Notes under the pieces: generated by a model
Told to the model about the DNA's origin: nothing
The model's database searches: none
Seen by the model: the letters and a program-made list of their open reading frames with translations, nothing else
Position numbers and translations under genes: made by a program
Assembly: GCA_951406725.2 (NCBI GenBank)
Contig: OX597815.1
Span: 162,626,001 to 162,690,000, forward strand
Length of the DNA: 64,000 nucleotides
Origin: Octopus vulgaris
Lineage: Eukaryota
Direction: 5' to 3'
Part shown: one piece after another, positions 1 through 13,151 of the stretch
Position numbering within the stretch: position 1 is the stretch's first letter
How the letters are laid out: the number at the start of each line of letters is the position of its first letter

Positions 1-410
1 AACTACAACATCAACAATAAAATTTATTGATTCATTTTTATTTCTAAGATATCAGTAAACTTTCTAATCACTCGGAAGATATTGACTGACAGAATGTAAT
101 AACATACAAGATGCAATAATAGATTAGATGCAATAACACATTTCTGTATCTTGTCAAACAACATTTCCATGTAACAACATAAACACATTTAATAATAAAT
201 CCATAAATCCTTTTTATTCTGACTCACAAATCTGGTAAACAAGCTGGATTATAATAACTTTAAAGATTTAAGACCATAATATTAATCTAGAGATTTTTGT
301 GCCTTAAGATATCATTCCTAGTTTCCAGTTTATTTCTCTACAAGACTTTATGAGTGTTGATATAGTAAACAAGGCATTTGTTCAGATGTGGTTATTGTAT
401 ATGGTATATA

Positions 411-1450
411 CTTTATCAATATAATATAGTTAATATATGTGTGTCAGCTGTGGTGTTTTCATTCAGGGAAAAATCCCTTTATAGACATATTGTGTGAGAA
501 AAAACACAATATACTTCAGAGCTAGGTGAAGTGAAATCACCTTAGAAGTGACTGTAGAAGCAACAGATAATATATTTCACTGTTATTGTGGCTTGTCAAA
601 GTCATATACTGGTATCACTACTGAAACGATTGAATCAGCCAGTCTGAAGCTATAGAGATTAGTGTATAAACATATGTTAAGTATGCTACATTGATAAAAA
701 TTTGACTACAGAACTGCTTCAATTGCATAATTTGAATTTTATTCTATTTATGCAGCACCTTTTTCAAATCAGTGTGTAGTTTATACATTAATCTCTTTAT
801 ATATATTCGAGACTGGCTGATTCAAACTTGTTTCAAAAGTGACACCAGTACATGACACTGACAAGCTGCAACTACAGTGAAATACATATCTGTCATTCTT
901 GTAGTCAGTTCTGGGTTGAATTTATTTCCCCTAGCACTGGAATAAAATGTGTCTTTTAACACAATATGTCAATAAAGAGATTTTCCAAGATGGAAAATTG
1001 CAGTTTCTTGATGTTAAATGACACCCATACATGAAGTATGTTATATTGATAAAATTTTTGCTACAGAACTGCTTCTATTGCATAATTTGAATTTTGTTCT
1101 GCTTATCTTGTACTTTTTCAAATCAGTGTATACTTTATACACTGTTTGTATATACTTTAGACTAATTGATTTAATCTCATTACAGAAGTGACATGAGTAT
1201 GTGACACTGATAAGCCATAATTGTAAAATACGTATCTGTTGCTCTTGTGGTCACATCTGGGGCAATTTTGTTTCATCTAGCTTTGAAGTATATTGTGAGT
1301 TTTTTTTTAACACAATACATCTATAAAGGGATTTTTCCCTGGAAGCAAAACCACAGCTTCTGGCTGTTCAATGATACACAAACATTAAGTATATTATATT
1401 GATAAAGCTTTTGCTATAGAGCTAGCTGCTCCAGTTGCATAATTCAAATA
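411..1450. repeat. ~355-bp unit: two diverged tandem copies plus a partial third (676-1450) and one inverted copy (411-670)
   Basis: AAGTATG.TA.ATTGATAAA...ACAGAACTGCTTC.ATTGCATAATTTGAATTTT recurs at ~676 and ~1031, more diverged at ~1385. 464-495 CAGGGAAAAATCCCTTTATAGACATATTGTGT is the near reverse complement of 1310-1341. Confidence 0.8.
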
Positions 1451-1935
1451 TTATTGTATGTCTATTGTTCCTGTCCCACTTTTTTGGTATCTTAATGAGC
1501 TGCCATCCCAGATCTGAATATTATTGCTGCTACTTGTATTGCCATGTTATCAATTACTTTTCGATATAACTTAAAAAAACAAAAAAAAACAAAAAAAAAA
1601 TCACTCCTGTTTGCACCTCAGAAGTGTTATCTTCTACCAGCAGTAGAATTGATACTGCTAAAAGCATTTCTATTAGACCCAAACTAATATTATCTTCTAT
1701 TTAATACTAATACTACCACTGTCACCTTCATCAACAATCCATTGTGAGGAGCCTCTATGTAGTCATTCAACCTGCTAGAAATAGTAGCTACATCTCTCTC
1801 AAATCACACCCAGTTGTCTTAAAAAGGTAATCTGGCCTTGAATTCTCTTGCAGATAAGAAAAGACAGAATGGTTAATGGAGATCTGTTCAATGATAGTTG
1901 AACTGGGAATTAAACAGCAACACTAAATTCTGCTT

Positions 1936-2119
1936 TTGCTGCTGCTGCTTTTCTTCTTTTTCCTCTCACCACCACCACCACCACAACCACAACAACAACA
2001 ACAATGATGACGCCGCCGCCGACCATGACGACAACGACCATGATGATGAAGATGACGTCGACGATGACGACCACGACCACTACTACTACTACTACTACTA
2101 TGTATCTTTGTGTGTGTGC

Positions 2120-2155
<36 letters not shown>
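1936..2155. repeat. Compound microsatellite (TGC/CAC/CAA/GAC/TAC/TG)
   Basis: Direct reading. Confidence 0.95.
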
Positions 2156-2158
<3 letters not shown>

Positions 2159-2389
2159 GGGCAATAAAATAAATAATTATAACAAAAGTAGTTTTTAAAA
2201 ATTAATTAGTCAGTGGATGATTTTTTTTTATGGCTCCCAGCAGCAGCAGCAGTAGTAGAAGCACCACCACTGTCACCATGGAACTGGTGAGATCAATGCG
2301 ACTGATGTTCTGTGTTAACAGCTGTAAATTAATGTAAATAAGAAAGATATGGTTGGTAAGAGATTTAAGGAGGATAAATCTTCTAGATC

Positions 2390-2884
2390 TTTTATCATTT
2401 CGCTGTTTAAGTCATTAGACCATGGCCATGCTGGAGCACTGCCTTGAAGGATTTTTAGTCTAACAAATTGACCCAAGGATTTACTATTTTCTTTTAAGCC
2501 TAGAACTTATTCTATCAGTCTCTTTGTTGAACTGCTAAGTTACAGGGATGTAAACACACCAACACTGGTTGTTAAACAGTGGTGACGGACAAATATAGAC
2601 ACAAAGACACACACATAGATATATACATACACCCGCCCACACACATACATACACACACATATATATGCATACATACATACATACATACACACACACATGC
2701 ACACACACACACACACACACATGGTGGGATTCTTTCAGCTTTCATCTATCAAATCCACTCACAAGGCTTTGGTTAGCATGAGGCTACAGTAGAAGACACT
2801 TGCCCAAGGTGCCACACAGTGGGACTGAACCTAAAACCATGTGGTTGGGAAGAAAACTTCTTGTCACACAGCCATGCCTGCACC
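2390..2884 (-). mobile_element. tRNA-derived SINE family A (CORE-like motif), full length
   Basis: Reverse complement of the 5446 copy: tRNA-like head, CACCTTGGGCAAGTGTCTT motif, central microsatellite, CCAGCATGGCC tail. Confidence 0.85.
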
Positions 2885-3276
2885 TACAGATAGAAAGGAT
2901 TGAGTAAAATATTTAGTACGGACTTAGGAGAAGAGATACAATAAAAGTAATGAGGAGAAGAAGGGTGGTGAATTGGATAAGGCTTGTAGGGACAAAGAAA
3001 TGGCTGTCTGGTTAAAAAGTTTGCTTGCAACCATGTGGTTTTGGGTTCAGTCTCAATGAACTTTGGCAAATGTGTTTTTTTTTACTATAGGGTTAGACTG
3101 ACCAATGCCTTGTGAGTGAATTTGGTAGATGGAAACTGTGTGGAAGCCTTTTGTGTGTGCATGTGTGTATGTATACATGTGTGTCTGTGGGTGTATATCT
3201 TTTATCTTTTATCTTTCAGTCATTGAACCGTGGCCATAGTTCAATGACTGCAACAAATAAAAGATAGAAGATGAAA

Positions 3277-3650
3277 AATGTCCTCAGCAGTCATGGCCTA
3301 TGTTTCACTGTCATGTAGCATGGCTGTTCATACACATGTGTCATACAGTCTACCTTTTACTCTGAGCGAGAGGCCCTTTGTCACCAGCAGAGGTAAGAGC
3401 TCTCTGAACCTTGCCCAGACTATTCTTATTCTAGCAGCTTCACTTTCAGTGCACCCTCCCCTACTACTGACTTGGTCACATAGGTAACAGAAGCTATCAA
3501 CTACTTCTAGTTTTTCTCCCTGGAATGTGGCGGAAGTTGTTCTCTGCACATTTTCAGTGTTTATTGCTCCCGAGCATCTGCCACATACAAAAACTATCTT
3601 CCTAGTTAGCTTTCCTTTGATATTGCTGCACCTCTTATGTGTCCATAATA
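3277..3650 (-). mobile_element. RTE-clade LINE RT C-terminal fragment with a Cys/His (PHD-like) segment
   Basis: Translates as WTHKRCSNIKGKLTRKIVFVCGRCSG...KLEVVDSFCYL.DQVSS.GGC...ARIRIVWARFRELLPLL...KGRLYDTCV*TAMLHDSET. Confidence 0.85.
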
Positions 3651-4018
3651 CATATATAATCTGAAAACACCCTGAAGACTGATTGTCAATAAAATAGAAA
3701 TAAAATTAAAAGATTTATTCTTTCTCTGTGGCCTGGTTCCAAATGAGCTATGGCCTGGTACAAGTCTGCAACCTGGTGGCTGGGGTCCCCTGGCCTACAT
3801 TATTTATTTGTAAAGTGAAACTGCTACAAATGAGAATCAAACAATGATGGAACATGCCAACAGGGGAGCTGTTAATGGTTGCTCAACCTGCTAGAAATAG
3901 CAATTACAAAAAGAAAAAGAAAAAGAAAAGATTGAAGGATTTATTGGATGACATAGTCCTAGACATTGTCTACAGAAAAAAAGAAGTGAAAGATATGATG
4001 GTCATGTTTGGAATGTCT

Positions 4019-4223
4019 TTAACCCTTTAATAATGATTATTTAATCACATTGATTTGAATTTGTCATGCATTACCTTGCAACTTTGAGATTTCAATGATG
4101 CAGTTGTCTGACTTTAGAATAGTATTGTAGGGTAAGTGGGAGAGGCCAGATCTGATCAGTTTAAAGATAAAACAGGGAGATTATCTTGACAGGATATGGC
4201 TGGTTTAAATGCTAAAGATTTAA
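4019..4223 (-). mobile_element. piggyBac-like MITE (same family as 10737 and 23994)
   Basis: TTAACCCT left end, TTAA right end; body is the reverse complement of 10737-10964. Confidence 0.65.
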
Positions 4224-5445
4224 AGACAGCTCTACTCAGTTAGGATTTGACCTGAGCTGTACAAGAAGAAAAACAGCAAAACGTACAGAAAATGCCAACA
4301 GGGAACCATCAAATCACACTTTACCATTATAAAAGAAATTGAAAGATGTATTGGGTAGAAGTGTCCTAGACATTGTCTGAAAACAAAAAGAAATGAAAAA
4401 TGTGATGGTCATTATTTGGAATGTCTTTAATGACAGGTCTACTCAATCAGGATTTGACCTGAGCTGTACAAGGACAAAGACAACAACAATTATAACACTA
4501 ACATCACTCAGCAGTAACTTACTGTACAGTAGTCATTTTATGTTTGTTCTTTCTATTCGAGAAGCTGATGTCCATAAAAGTAGACACTAAATAAAAACAA
4601 AAAGTATAAAAGTGAAACAAACAAAAAACTACCAACGAAATTTTCAAAAATCAAAGGAAATCAAATAAATCAATTGTGATTTTTATATCCACCTTTGGGG
4701 AGCATAAAAAAGAAAGAAAAGATAACCCGAAATAAACTCTATAGACATTACCACTTTAGATCTCCTCTGGATTAAGTTATAATTTTATGATAATCAAAAA
4801 ACGAAATCAAGTGACTAGGAAGACAAAACAATGTAATTTGGTAAACTACAAAAAAAAAAAAATAATAATAAAAACAGATAAATGAATAAAATAAATAAAA
4901 AATAGAAAATGATAGAGAAGAGTTATTTTTGGCTTAGCAAAAAAAAAAAAAAAACGGTATTAGAAAAAGAAAAAGTTGGGTGGAAAGAGAAAAATAACTA
5001 TAATTAGAAAATTATGAAATCATTAAAGCAAGATTATGAAAGTATAAACAGACAAAAATGAAAAAAATTTAAAAAAAAAACAAAGAACAGACTTGGTGTT
5101 TTCAAAGAAGTCATCACAGAAAGCAAAACAAAAACAGAAACTAGAAAACTAAAGAAATATTAAGAAGAATTGAGATAGCTTAGAATTTAAAGAGTGATGA
5201 GCCATAGAGGGAACATCTATGTGGTAATTCAACCTGCTAAAAATGACAGCCAAATTTCCATCAAACCAAATGTTGCTATGTTCATTTCATTTTCGTCCGT
5301 CCGTCCGTCCGTCCATCCATCCTTCCTTCCATCCATCCATCCATCCATCCATTCATCCATCCATCCATCCATACATACATACATACATATATACATAAAT
5401 ACATACATACATATATACATAAATACATACACAAATACATACATA

Positions 5446-5616
5446 GGCGCAGGAGTGGCTGTGTGGTAAGTAGCTTGCTAACCAACCACATGGCTCCGGG
5501 TTCAGTCCCACTGCGTGGCATCTTGGGCAAGTGTCTTCTGCTATAGCCCCGGGCCGACCAATGCCTTGTGAGTGGATTTTATAGACGGAAACTGAAAGAA
5601 GCCTGTCGTATATATG

Positions 5617-5647
<31 letters not shown>

Positions 5648-5860
5648 ATGTGTTTGTGTTTGTGTGTTTGTCCCCCTAGCATTGCTTGACAACCGATGCT
5701 GGTGTGTTTACGTCCCCGTCACTTAGCGGTTTGGCAAAAGAGACCGATAGAATAAGTACTGGGCTTACAAAGAATAAGTCCCGGGGTCGATTTGCTCGAC
5801 TAAAGGCGGTGCTCCAGCATGGCCGCAGTCAAATGACTGAAACAAGTAAAAGATAAAGAT
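5446..5860 (+). mobile_element. tRNA-derived SINE family A, well-preserved copy (about 15-20 full or partial copies in window)
   Basis: A-box-like TGGCTGTGTGG, B-box-like GGTTCAGTCCC, CORE-like CTTGGGCAAGTG, internal (TA)n/(TG)n, tail GCAGTCAAATGACTGAAACAAGTAAAAG. Confidence 0.9.
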
Positions 5861-5867
5861 AAACATT

Positions 5868-6122
5868 ATTGGAACTGTAAGAATCTGTGAAATTTTCCAA
5901 AAGTTTGTCATTTAAGCTTATATGAGCATGCCTAGATGTGCAAATATATGCATAAGAAGACATACATAAAACAAAACATACAAATCTGCACATATACATG
6001 CATGCATACAAAGTACCCTGTCGTTGAAATTCATATGAAGGAGCCTTGGATCTAGGTTAGAAACAAGCTCTTTCTCTATTGGCTAGAAATCTTGAAATAA
6101 AACTGAATAATGACATACATAC
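5868..6122 (+). mobile_element. R4/Dong-like (RLE) LINE, extreme 3' end and 3' UTR
   Basis: GTVRICEIFQKFVI* matches the GTVKICKTF end of the 25265 copy; shared UTR; ends in ACATACAT. Confidence 0.7.
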
Positions 6123-6149
6123 ATATAGATTATATCATGTTTCTGTAAA

Positions 6150-6800
6150 AAGCATCATACTTGTGATTAGCAGCTGCCCAAAAATGTCATAAAGGCACCA
6201 CCTCTCTCAGTTAAATTACATTGTCACAAAAGCAGTATATAATGCCCTTACATACTGGAGTAAATATAGAGAATCCTCCTGTTATTGAATATATACACAA
6301 ACATCAACATAAAGAATACTGTTGGAACATTCCTATCAAAATATCTGCTACATGTTAACATAATAGGCTGGATATTGTTTGGGAAAAAGTATGTATTGCC
6401 ATGGAGGTCAGTTGTTCTGCTGATGTGAATATCTCTTTGAAAATCAAAGAGAAAGAAGATAACTGCGGTCAGCTACTTTGAAAACTCCAGTTTCTATACT
6501 CAGATTATAATTTCACATTTATACCAATAATAAATGGTGTACCTGGGTTTATAAGCAAAGGCCTAAGGTTTTTTGAAAAAGAAATCAACCAAAGTCAACC
6601 AATTAACTCATGCATTACAAATACAATTTGTAAGTGGAACAGCAAAAATATGCAAGACTTTTCTCAAGTTTAAAATGCGACATTGTTTTCGTTATCTACA
6701 TTCCAATGATGGAGCTTTGTATATTTGTTTGCAAGCAGTTCCTTCTCCAGAGGAAGATTTTAAATTATTAAAAACAGAAGAAATCATTGATTCATTTATA
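6150..6800 (+). mobile_element. R4/Dong-like LINE restriction-like endonuclease remnant
   Basis: ISSCPKMS...KEYCWNIPIK...HNRLDI...EVSCSADVNISLKIKEKE...FTFIPII...SGTAKICKTFLKF, with stops and frameshifts. Confidence 0.8.
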
Positions 6801-6914
6801 TATACATGTATACATGTATACATACATGTATGCATGCATACATATAAACATATGTACGTACATATACACATACATACATACACATTTACATGCATATATA
6901 CTTACATATATATC

Positions 6915-7147
6915 TATTTCTTTACTACCCACAAGGGGCTAAACACAGAGGGGACAAACAAGAACAGACAAATGGATTAAGTCGATTACATTGACTGCAG
7001 TGTGTAACTGGTACTTAATTTATCGACCCCAAAAGGATGAAAGGCAAAGTTGACCTCGACGGAATTTGAACTCAGAAAGTAACGGCAGACGAAATACGGC
7101 TACACATTTCGCCCGGTATGCTAACATTTCTGTCAGCTCGCCGCCTT
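6915..7147 (-). mobile_element. tRNA-derived SINE family B (Meta-domain-like) with ~19-20-bp TSD
   Basis: Head GGCGGCGAGCTG.CAGAA...GAGTTCAAATTCC, body GCCTTTCATCCTTT.GGGGTCGATAAA..AAGTACC; TATATACTTACATATATATC at 6895-6914 and 7147-7166. Confidence 0.9.
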
Positions 7148-7379
7148 ATATACTTACATATATATCATGATGATGCTGATGCAATATAAGCATGATTTTT
7201 CTTTGAGTTTAATTTAAGTTCTTCTTGAGAGAGTTCAAGCCGGTTGCTAACAAAGCAACAAGACTTTTTGAGTTAAGAGTTTTCCTGGTGTTTGTGAATA
7301 TGTAGTTGAGTTGGTGTGTCGGTTTAACTATTAATGCATATACCGAAACGTGTGCAGATATTCACATAAGAATCTCACA

Positions 7380-7410
<31 letters not shown>

Positions 7411-7435
7411 ATGTATGTATGTATGTATGTATGTA

Positions 7436-7492
<57 letters not shown>

Positions 7493-8349
7493 ATGTATGT
7501 ATGTATGGATGGATGGATGTATGTATGTATGTATGTATGTATGTATGTATGTATGTATGTATGTATATATGGATATATGAATCATGTCTAGAAAGCATAA
7601 GCCCAAAGCATCAATGCATTGAAATGAATGCTTTCTCCTTTAAAAAAAAATGCCATGTCAAACAAAGGAAAGAAAATAGAAAGTAAGAATGATCATCATA
7701 ATATCACTGTTTCATGTTGATAGAAAAAGCATAAATTTGATAACTGCCACTCCAAGGTTGAAGTATACTCCATCAAAATATCTGGTATTTGGTAAAACTT
7801 GTATTAAGAGTGATAAAAATGAATCACTTTAAGGCAGTATGTAAATCTATAATTAAAAAAAAAGGGTGAGGTGGGTATGCAGTGTTGTGGAAGAAATTAA
7901 AAAGAAAGAATCTGCAAGTGTTTATGAAATTGGCCAAAAATTTACAACTCAATAATGAATGTAAAAACTCACTGATGCTAACTTTAAAATGCAAATTAAC
8001 ACTACAGTAAGGTCATTATAAATACTTCATTATTTCTGAAGGAATTGAATAAATCAAAATTAAGGAAGTGTGATTTCAAATGAAAATTATTTGGTGAATG
8101 AAGCATAGATAATCTGGGAAAATTCTATGCAGGATGTTATTATGGGTGAATGTAGAAAAATAAAAGAAAATGGTTCACTTGGCATGGTTGTGATTGACAT
8201 AAAATTCATGAAATTTAAGTTCCTACCCAATTTGGAAGATTAAGAGGCTTTATAAGTAACATTCTTCTTAAAGAATGTGTATGTATCATTCCATGTTATT
8301 ATGAAGCAAGACCATTGCTGTTACACATTAAACCTTTATATATCAACAG

Positions 8350-9770
8350 TAATATTTATCCCCACTTAAACAGTGATGTTTTCTTAGAACATCCACATTC
8401 TGTTATAACATCCACACTATGCTGCGTAATTACCATGAGAGAAAATCTCAAATTGGCTTTTGGTGCAAAATGCACTCTTATTTATATCCCTTGAGGGGAA
8501 ATAAATCTCTGCCATCTCCAGCATCAAGACCACCAGATCACATGATTTTGACCTTCCTTGGTTTTATCAATGATGGACCCTCAACTGCTAGAGATAGCAG
8601 TGACTCATCTCTCCACCAGTAATATATAGAAAAACAGTGCCAGAACAGGCACTGGTGTTGCAATTAACCAATGAACTTGTTAAAAAATATATTAGTGACA
8701 GAGGCCGTATTAATCATCATCATCATCATCGTTTAACGTCCGCTTTCCATGCTAGCATGGGTTGGACGGTTCAACTGGGGTTTGGCAAGCCCGAAGGCTG
8801 CACCAGGCCAGTCAGATCTGGCAGTGTTTCTACAGCTGGATGCCCTTCCTAACGCCAACCACTCCGAGAGTGTAGTGGGTGATTTTATGTGCCACCGACA
8901 CAGGTGCCAGACGAGGTTGGCAGACGGTCACGCTCGGATGGTGTTTTTTTATGTGCCACCGACACAGGTGCCAGACGAGGCTGGCAGATGGCCACGCTCG
9001 GATGGTGTTTTTTATGTGCCACCGACACAGGTGCCAGACGAGGCTGGCAGACGGCCACGCTCGGATGGTGTTTTCAGTGTTACCGAGAGATAATATTAAT
9101 CCTCACTTACACATCAGATGTTCTGTTAAAACAAACTATACTCAGTAGATACCATGAGAGAAACTCTGATATTGGCTTTTGGTGTGAAATTTCCTCTTAT
9201 TTATATTGCTAGTGGGGAGATAAATCCCTGTCATTTCCAGTACTGAGACCACCAGATCACATGATTTCAACCTTCTTTGTTTTCATCAATGATGGATGCT
9301 CTGTTGCTAGAGATAGTAGTGACTCATCTCTTTACCAGCAATTTATAGAAAAACAGTGTCAGAACAGGCGCTTGTGTTGCAATTAGCCAGTGAGTTTGTT
9401 AAAATATATCTATGAGCAACAGAGGCAGAATTTATACCAAGAGATAATATGTATCCCCACTTAAACATGGATGTTCTGTTGGAACAAACTATACTGCTGT
9501 AGTTATCATGAGAGAAACTCTTAATATTGGCTTTTGATGCAAAATGCAATCTTGTTTATATCTCTAGCAGGAATATATATCCCCACCATTTCCACCACCA
9601 AGACCACCAGATTTGTTGTTCCTTGCTCATGTCAATGATGGATACTTGACTACTGGAAATAGCAGTGACTCAGCTCCTCACCAGCAACATATAGAAAAAT
9701 AATGCCAGAACAGGCACTGGTGTTGTGATTAGTCAGTGAGCTTGTTAAAAAATATATATTAGTGACAAAG
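8350..9770 (+). repeat. Three diverged tandem copies of a ~360-bp protein-like unit
   Basis: CC.CACTTA.AC...CATGAGAGAAA...TTGGCTTTTG...AGACCACCAGAT...CAATGATGGA...CAGAACAGGC at ~8355, ~9095 and ~9450. Confidence 0.85.
8714..9075 (-). mobile_element. RTE LINE 3' UTR fragment with a ~63-bp internal triplication
   Basis: (CAT)n tail, CAGCTGGATGCCCTTCCTAACGCCAACC, three TTTATGTGCCACCGACACAGG units; same UTR follows the RTE ORF at 18712-19622. Confidence 0.85.
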
Positions 9771-10143
9771 CTGAGGAAACCCAATTTATGAAGATCTTTT
9801 AAAAAGTTCTCTCAGAGAAAGTGATTGGATCTCATCTGCAGTGGTTGTGCAAAAGGCAGAAGAAGGTCTCTCTTATCCAACTCCAAATGCTGAATCGATT
9901 ACTTTGTTTCCTTTCTGGCATAAATTATTTTGCAAGATTAGATTCAAAGGCTTAAAGGAAGTGCATTATCAGGTAGAAATGTGTTATAAAGCAAGAGAAA
10001 TTACTATGATAAATGTACCAACATGTTTTCTTAGAAGGATATACCTTCCTTCCATGTTTCAGAGAACAACTGAAAATGCTGGAAACTGAATTGATATTGT
10101 TATTGTTTATCAAAAAGACATACATACATATATACATACATGC

Positions 10144-10243
<100 letters not shown>

Positions 10244-10736
10244 GTGTGTGTGCACATGTGCACGTGTGTGTGAATGTGCACATGCACGTGCATGCATACA
10301 CATGCATTCATATGTGCATGTATTTGTATGCATATACATATTTGCTAAAACTGCTGAAAATCTCCATATCAATATCGACAAGTTCATAATAAAACAGCTG
10401 GATTAATCATGCTTCGGTGATCAATAGAGCTAGATATTAGAAACTGATGATTTATCTTTTTTTTCTTTGTCTTTTTATCTTACATATAGACTAACAAAGA
10501 TAAGGCTATCACCAGATCATTATTTAATAGCAAGTATTTTGAATGATACTGCCAAATAATGATAAGCAATTAGAATTGTTCCCCAAGCTTGTTAATTTCT
10601 AATGAAGATTTATTGATCATTATTCAGTTAGCATATCACCACTGGTAATACTGTAAATGTCATATTCTGATTTCACAGACAGTCCAGCAACAGAAGCCAG
10701 TGATCCAGATTTATGATGATGTGAAAAAAACTTATC

Positions 10737-10964
10737 TTAACCCTATGGTATTCAAACTGGCTATGTTTGGCCTAAATATTCTACCTGTCTTATGTTCTAA
10801 CTGGCTATATCTATATAATCTCTCACCCCTATGCTACTATGTTATTCTAAAAAATAAACTATCATATCAGTCTCAAAGCTACAAGATAATGCATGATTAA
10901 TTCAAAACAATGTGAATAAGTAAGCATCACATTTGACAGGGTAACCTGAATGCTAAAGGGTTAA
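10737..10964 (+). mobile_element. piggyBac-like MITE
   Basis: TTAA|CCCT...AGGG|TTAA termini; further copies at 23994, 4019, ~15905-16100 and ~11735-11787. Confidence 0.8.
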
Positions 10965-11059
10965 ATAATCCTGATGAAAAGACCATGTGAGGGATACTTT
11001 CACAAGATAGTTATCCTGTGTTATATTTGTCAAAAGCATTAATGATAGTCAAAGCAAGA

Positions 11060-11622
11060 CACTCAAATATTGGTTTCAAATTTTGGCACCAAGGTCAGCA
11101 AAATGATTAAAGGCAAATTTGACTTCATTAGTATTTGAACTCAGAATACAAATTTGGAAGAAATGCTGCTAAGCAATTTTTTCTAGCATGGTAAGAATTC
11201 TGCCAGCCTGTTGCCTTAAGATACTCAAATATTTCTCTCGAATTTTGGCACAAGGCCAGCAAAAGGATGAAAGGCAAAGTTGACCTCATTATTATTTGAA
11301 CTCAGAATACAAATTTGGAAGAAATGCTGCTAAGCAATTTTTTCTAGCATGGTAAGAATTCTGCCAGCCTGCTGCCTTAAGATACTCAAATATTGCTCTC
11401 GAATTTTGGCACAAGGCCAGAAATTTCAAAGAAGGGACTAAATCAATTAGATCAACCCAGTGCTCAACTGGTACTTATTTTATTGACCCCGAAAAAATGA
11501 AAAGCAAAGTCAACCTCTGTAGAATTTGAACTCAGGATATAGAGATGGATAAAATGCTGCTCAGCATTTTGTCCAGCATGCTAACAATTCTGCCAGCTCA
11601 CAATCTAAAATACTCAAATATT
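11060..11622 (-). repeat. Tandem of SINE B (two internally deleted copies plus one longer copy) separated by ACTCAAATATT
   Basis: TTTGAACTCAGAATACAAATTTGGAAGAAATGCTGCTAAGC identical at ~11134 and ~11295; ACTCAAATATT occurs four times. Confidence 0.8.
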
Positions 11623-12376
11623 GAAAGGGAAGCTTTGGCAAGTTGTATGGTCTTACTTCACAGGAACTGAATATATTTGGTTCTGTGCATGTGTGTTCTT
11701 GTGACACAGGAACTGAGTAAACTTAATTTTGACTGTGAATAAATAAGCATCATATTTAACAGGGTAATCCAAATGCTAAAGTGTTAAATGATACTGGGGA
11801 AAGGATCATGTGAGCGATTTCACAAGATAGTTATCTTGTGTTATATTTGTCAAAAGCATTAATGATAGATGAAACTCACAACATTACATATGACATAGTA
11901 AAAGACAAGTACTGTCTTAAGTCCTCAGATTCATTGGGCCTGTTACCTAGTTTCCTTGGTGTGTTAGTAACTGAGATCATGACATTCCCAGTACATTGCA
12001 GAACCACTCATTTACAGCTGAGTGGACTGGAGCAATATGAATTGAAGTATTTTGCTCAAGAATATAATACAGTATAGGTGTAGGAGTGGCTGTGTGGTAA
12101 GTAGCTTGCTTACCAACCACATGGTTCCAGGTTCAATCCCATTGCATGGCACCTTGGGCAAGTGTCTTCTACTATAACCTCAGGCCGACCAAAGCTTTGT
12201 GAGTGGATTTAGTATCATCATCATCATCATCGTTTAACGTCCGTTCTCCATGCTAGCATGGGTTGGACGGTTCGACCGGGGTTCTGGGGAGCCAGAAGGC
12301 TGCACCAGGCTCCAGTCTAATCTGGCAATGTTTCTACAGCTGGATGCCCTTCCTAACGCCAGTATATATGTATATA

Positions 12377-12576
12377 TATGAGGGGCTGCTGAAATGTTCT
12401 TGGCTTTAAGGGTGTCAAGCTTCAGTTTTCTGTTACGGGTCTTAGAAAAAAATGAAGGGCTGCTGCAATAAGTGTGTGAATCTGAGAGGTGAATATGCTG
12501 AATAAAATCATAATTAACTGATCCTACTGTATTTTCTTTTATCCAAATCCAGGAACCTTTCAGCACCCACCTCACA
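12377..12576 (+). mobile_element. mariner-derived MITE
   Basis: TIR-like ends matching the 49752 copy; keeps the transposase C-terminus NKCVNLRGEYAE. Confidence 0.75.
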
Positions 12577-12624
12577 TGTAAAAACATGTCTGACATGTAC
12601 TAGAATAAAACTGTATTTTAATCT

Positions 12625-13096
12625 CACACAGTACATACATGGCCTAAAGAAAATAAGTATGGATACATGTGTATATGGATCATGCTTATGTCAAGAATAG
12701 TGGACTTCTGGATGGCCAGAAGTGATAAAAGTCAGGCATAAAAAAACAGAAACATTAAATGGTATTAAGAACTGTGCTTGCCAAAAATTGGTGTTCCAGA
12801 AACAATAGCATCTGACACTGCCTCTGAATTTATAATAATATCTTGTGTGCATGGCTTGATAAATTTGGATGTAAACTTACAAAATTCCTTCATATCAGTC
12901 AGAATCAAATCAAATTTCTGAAAGAATAGCTACAAGTGTTAAAAAAAAGTTTGAAATATATCCACCAAATAATGGTTCCATTAATGCATGTTTGGATCAC
13001 ATGCTTTTGAGTATTTCAAAAATGCCTTACCTAGGAAGACTTCTCAGCCTATCTGCTTTGATAGACAAACAAATAAAATCACCAATAACAATAATG

Positions 13097-13151
<55 letters not shown>

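Noticed and set aside
4600-5190. A-rich stretch as a possible L1/Tx1 relic
   Set aside because: Too degenerate; no diagnostic motif recovered.
8510-8575. RPPDHMILTFLGFIND as a Tc1 WPPRSPDL motif
   Set aside because: The surrounding sequence lacks the QDGAP.H and other DDE motifs, so the similarity may be coincidental.
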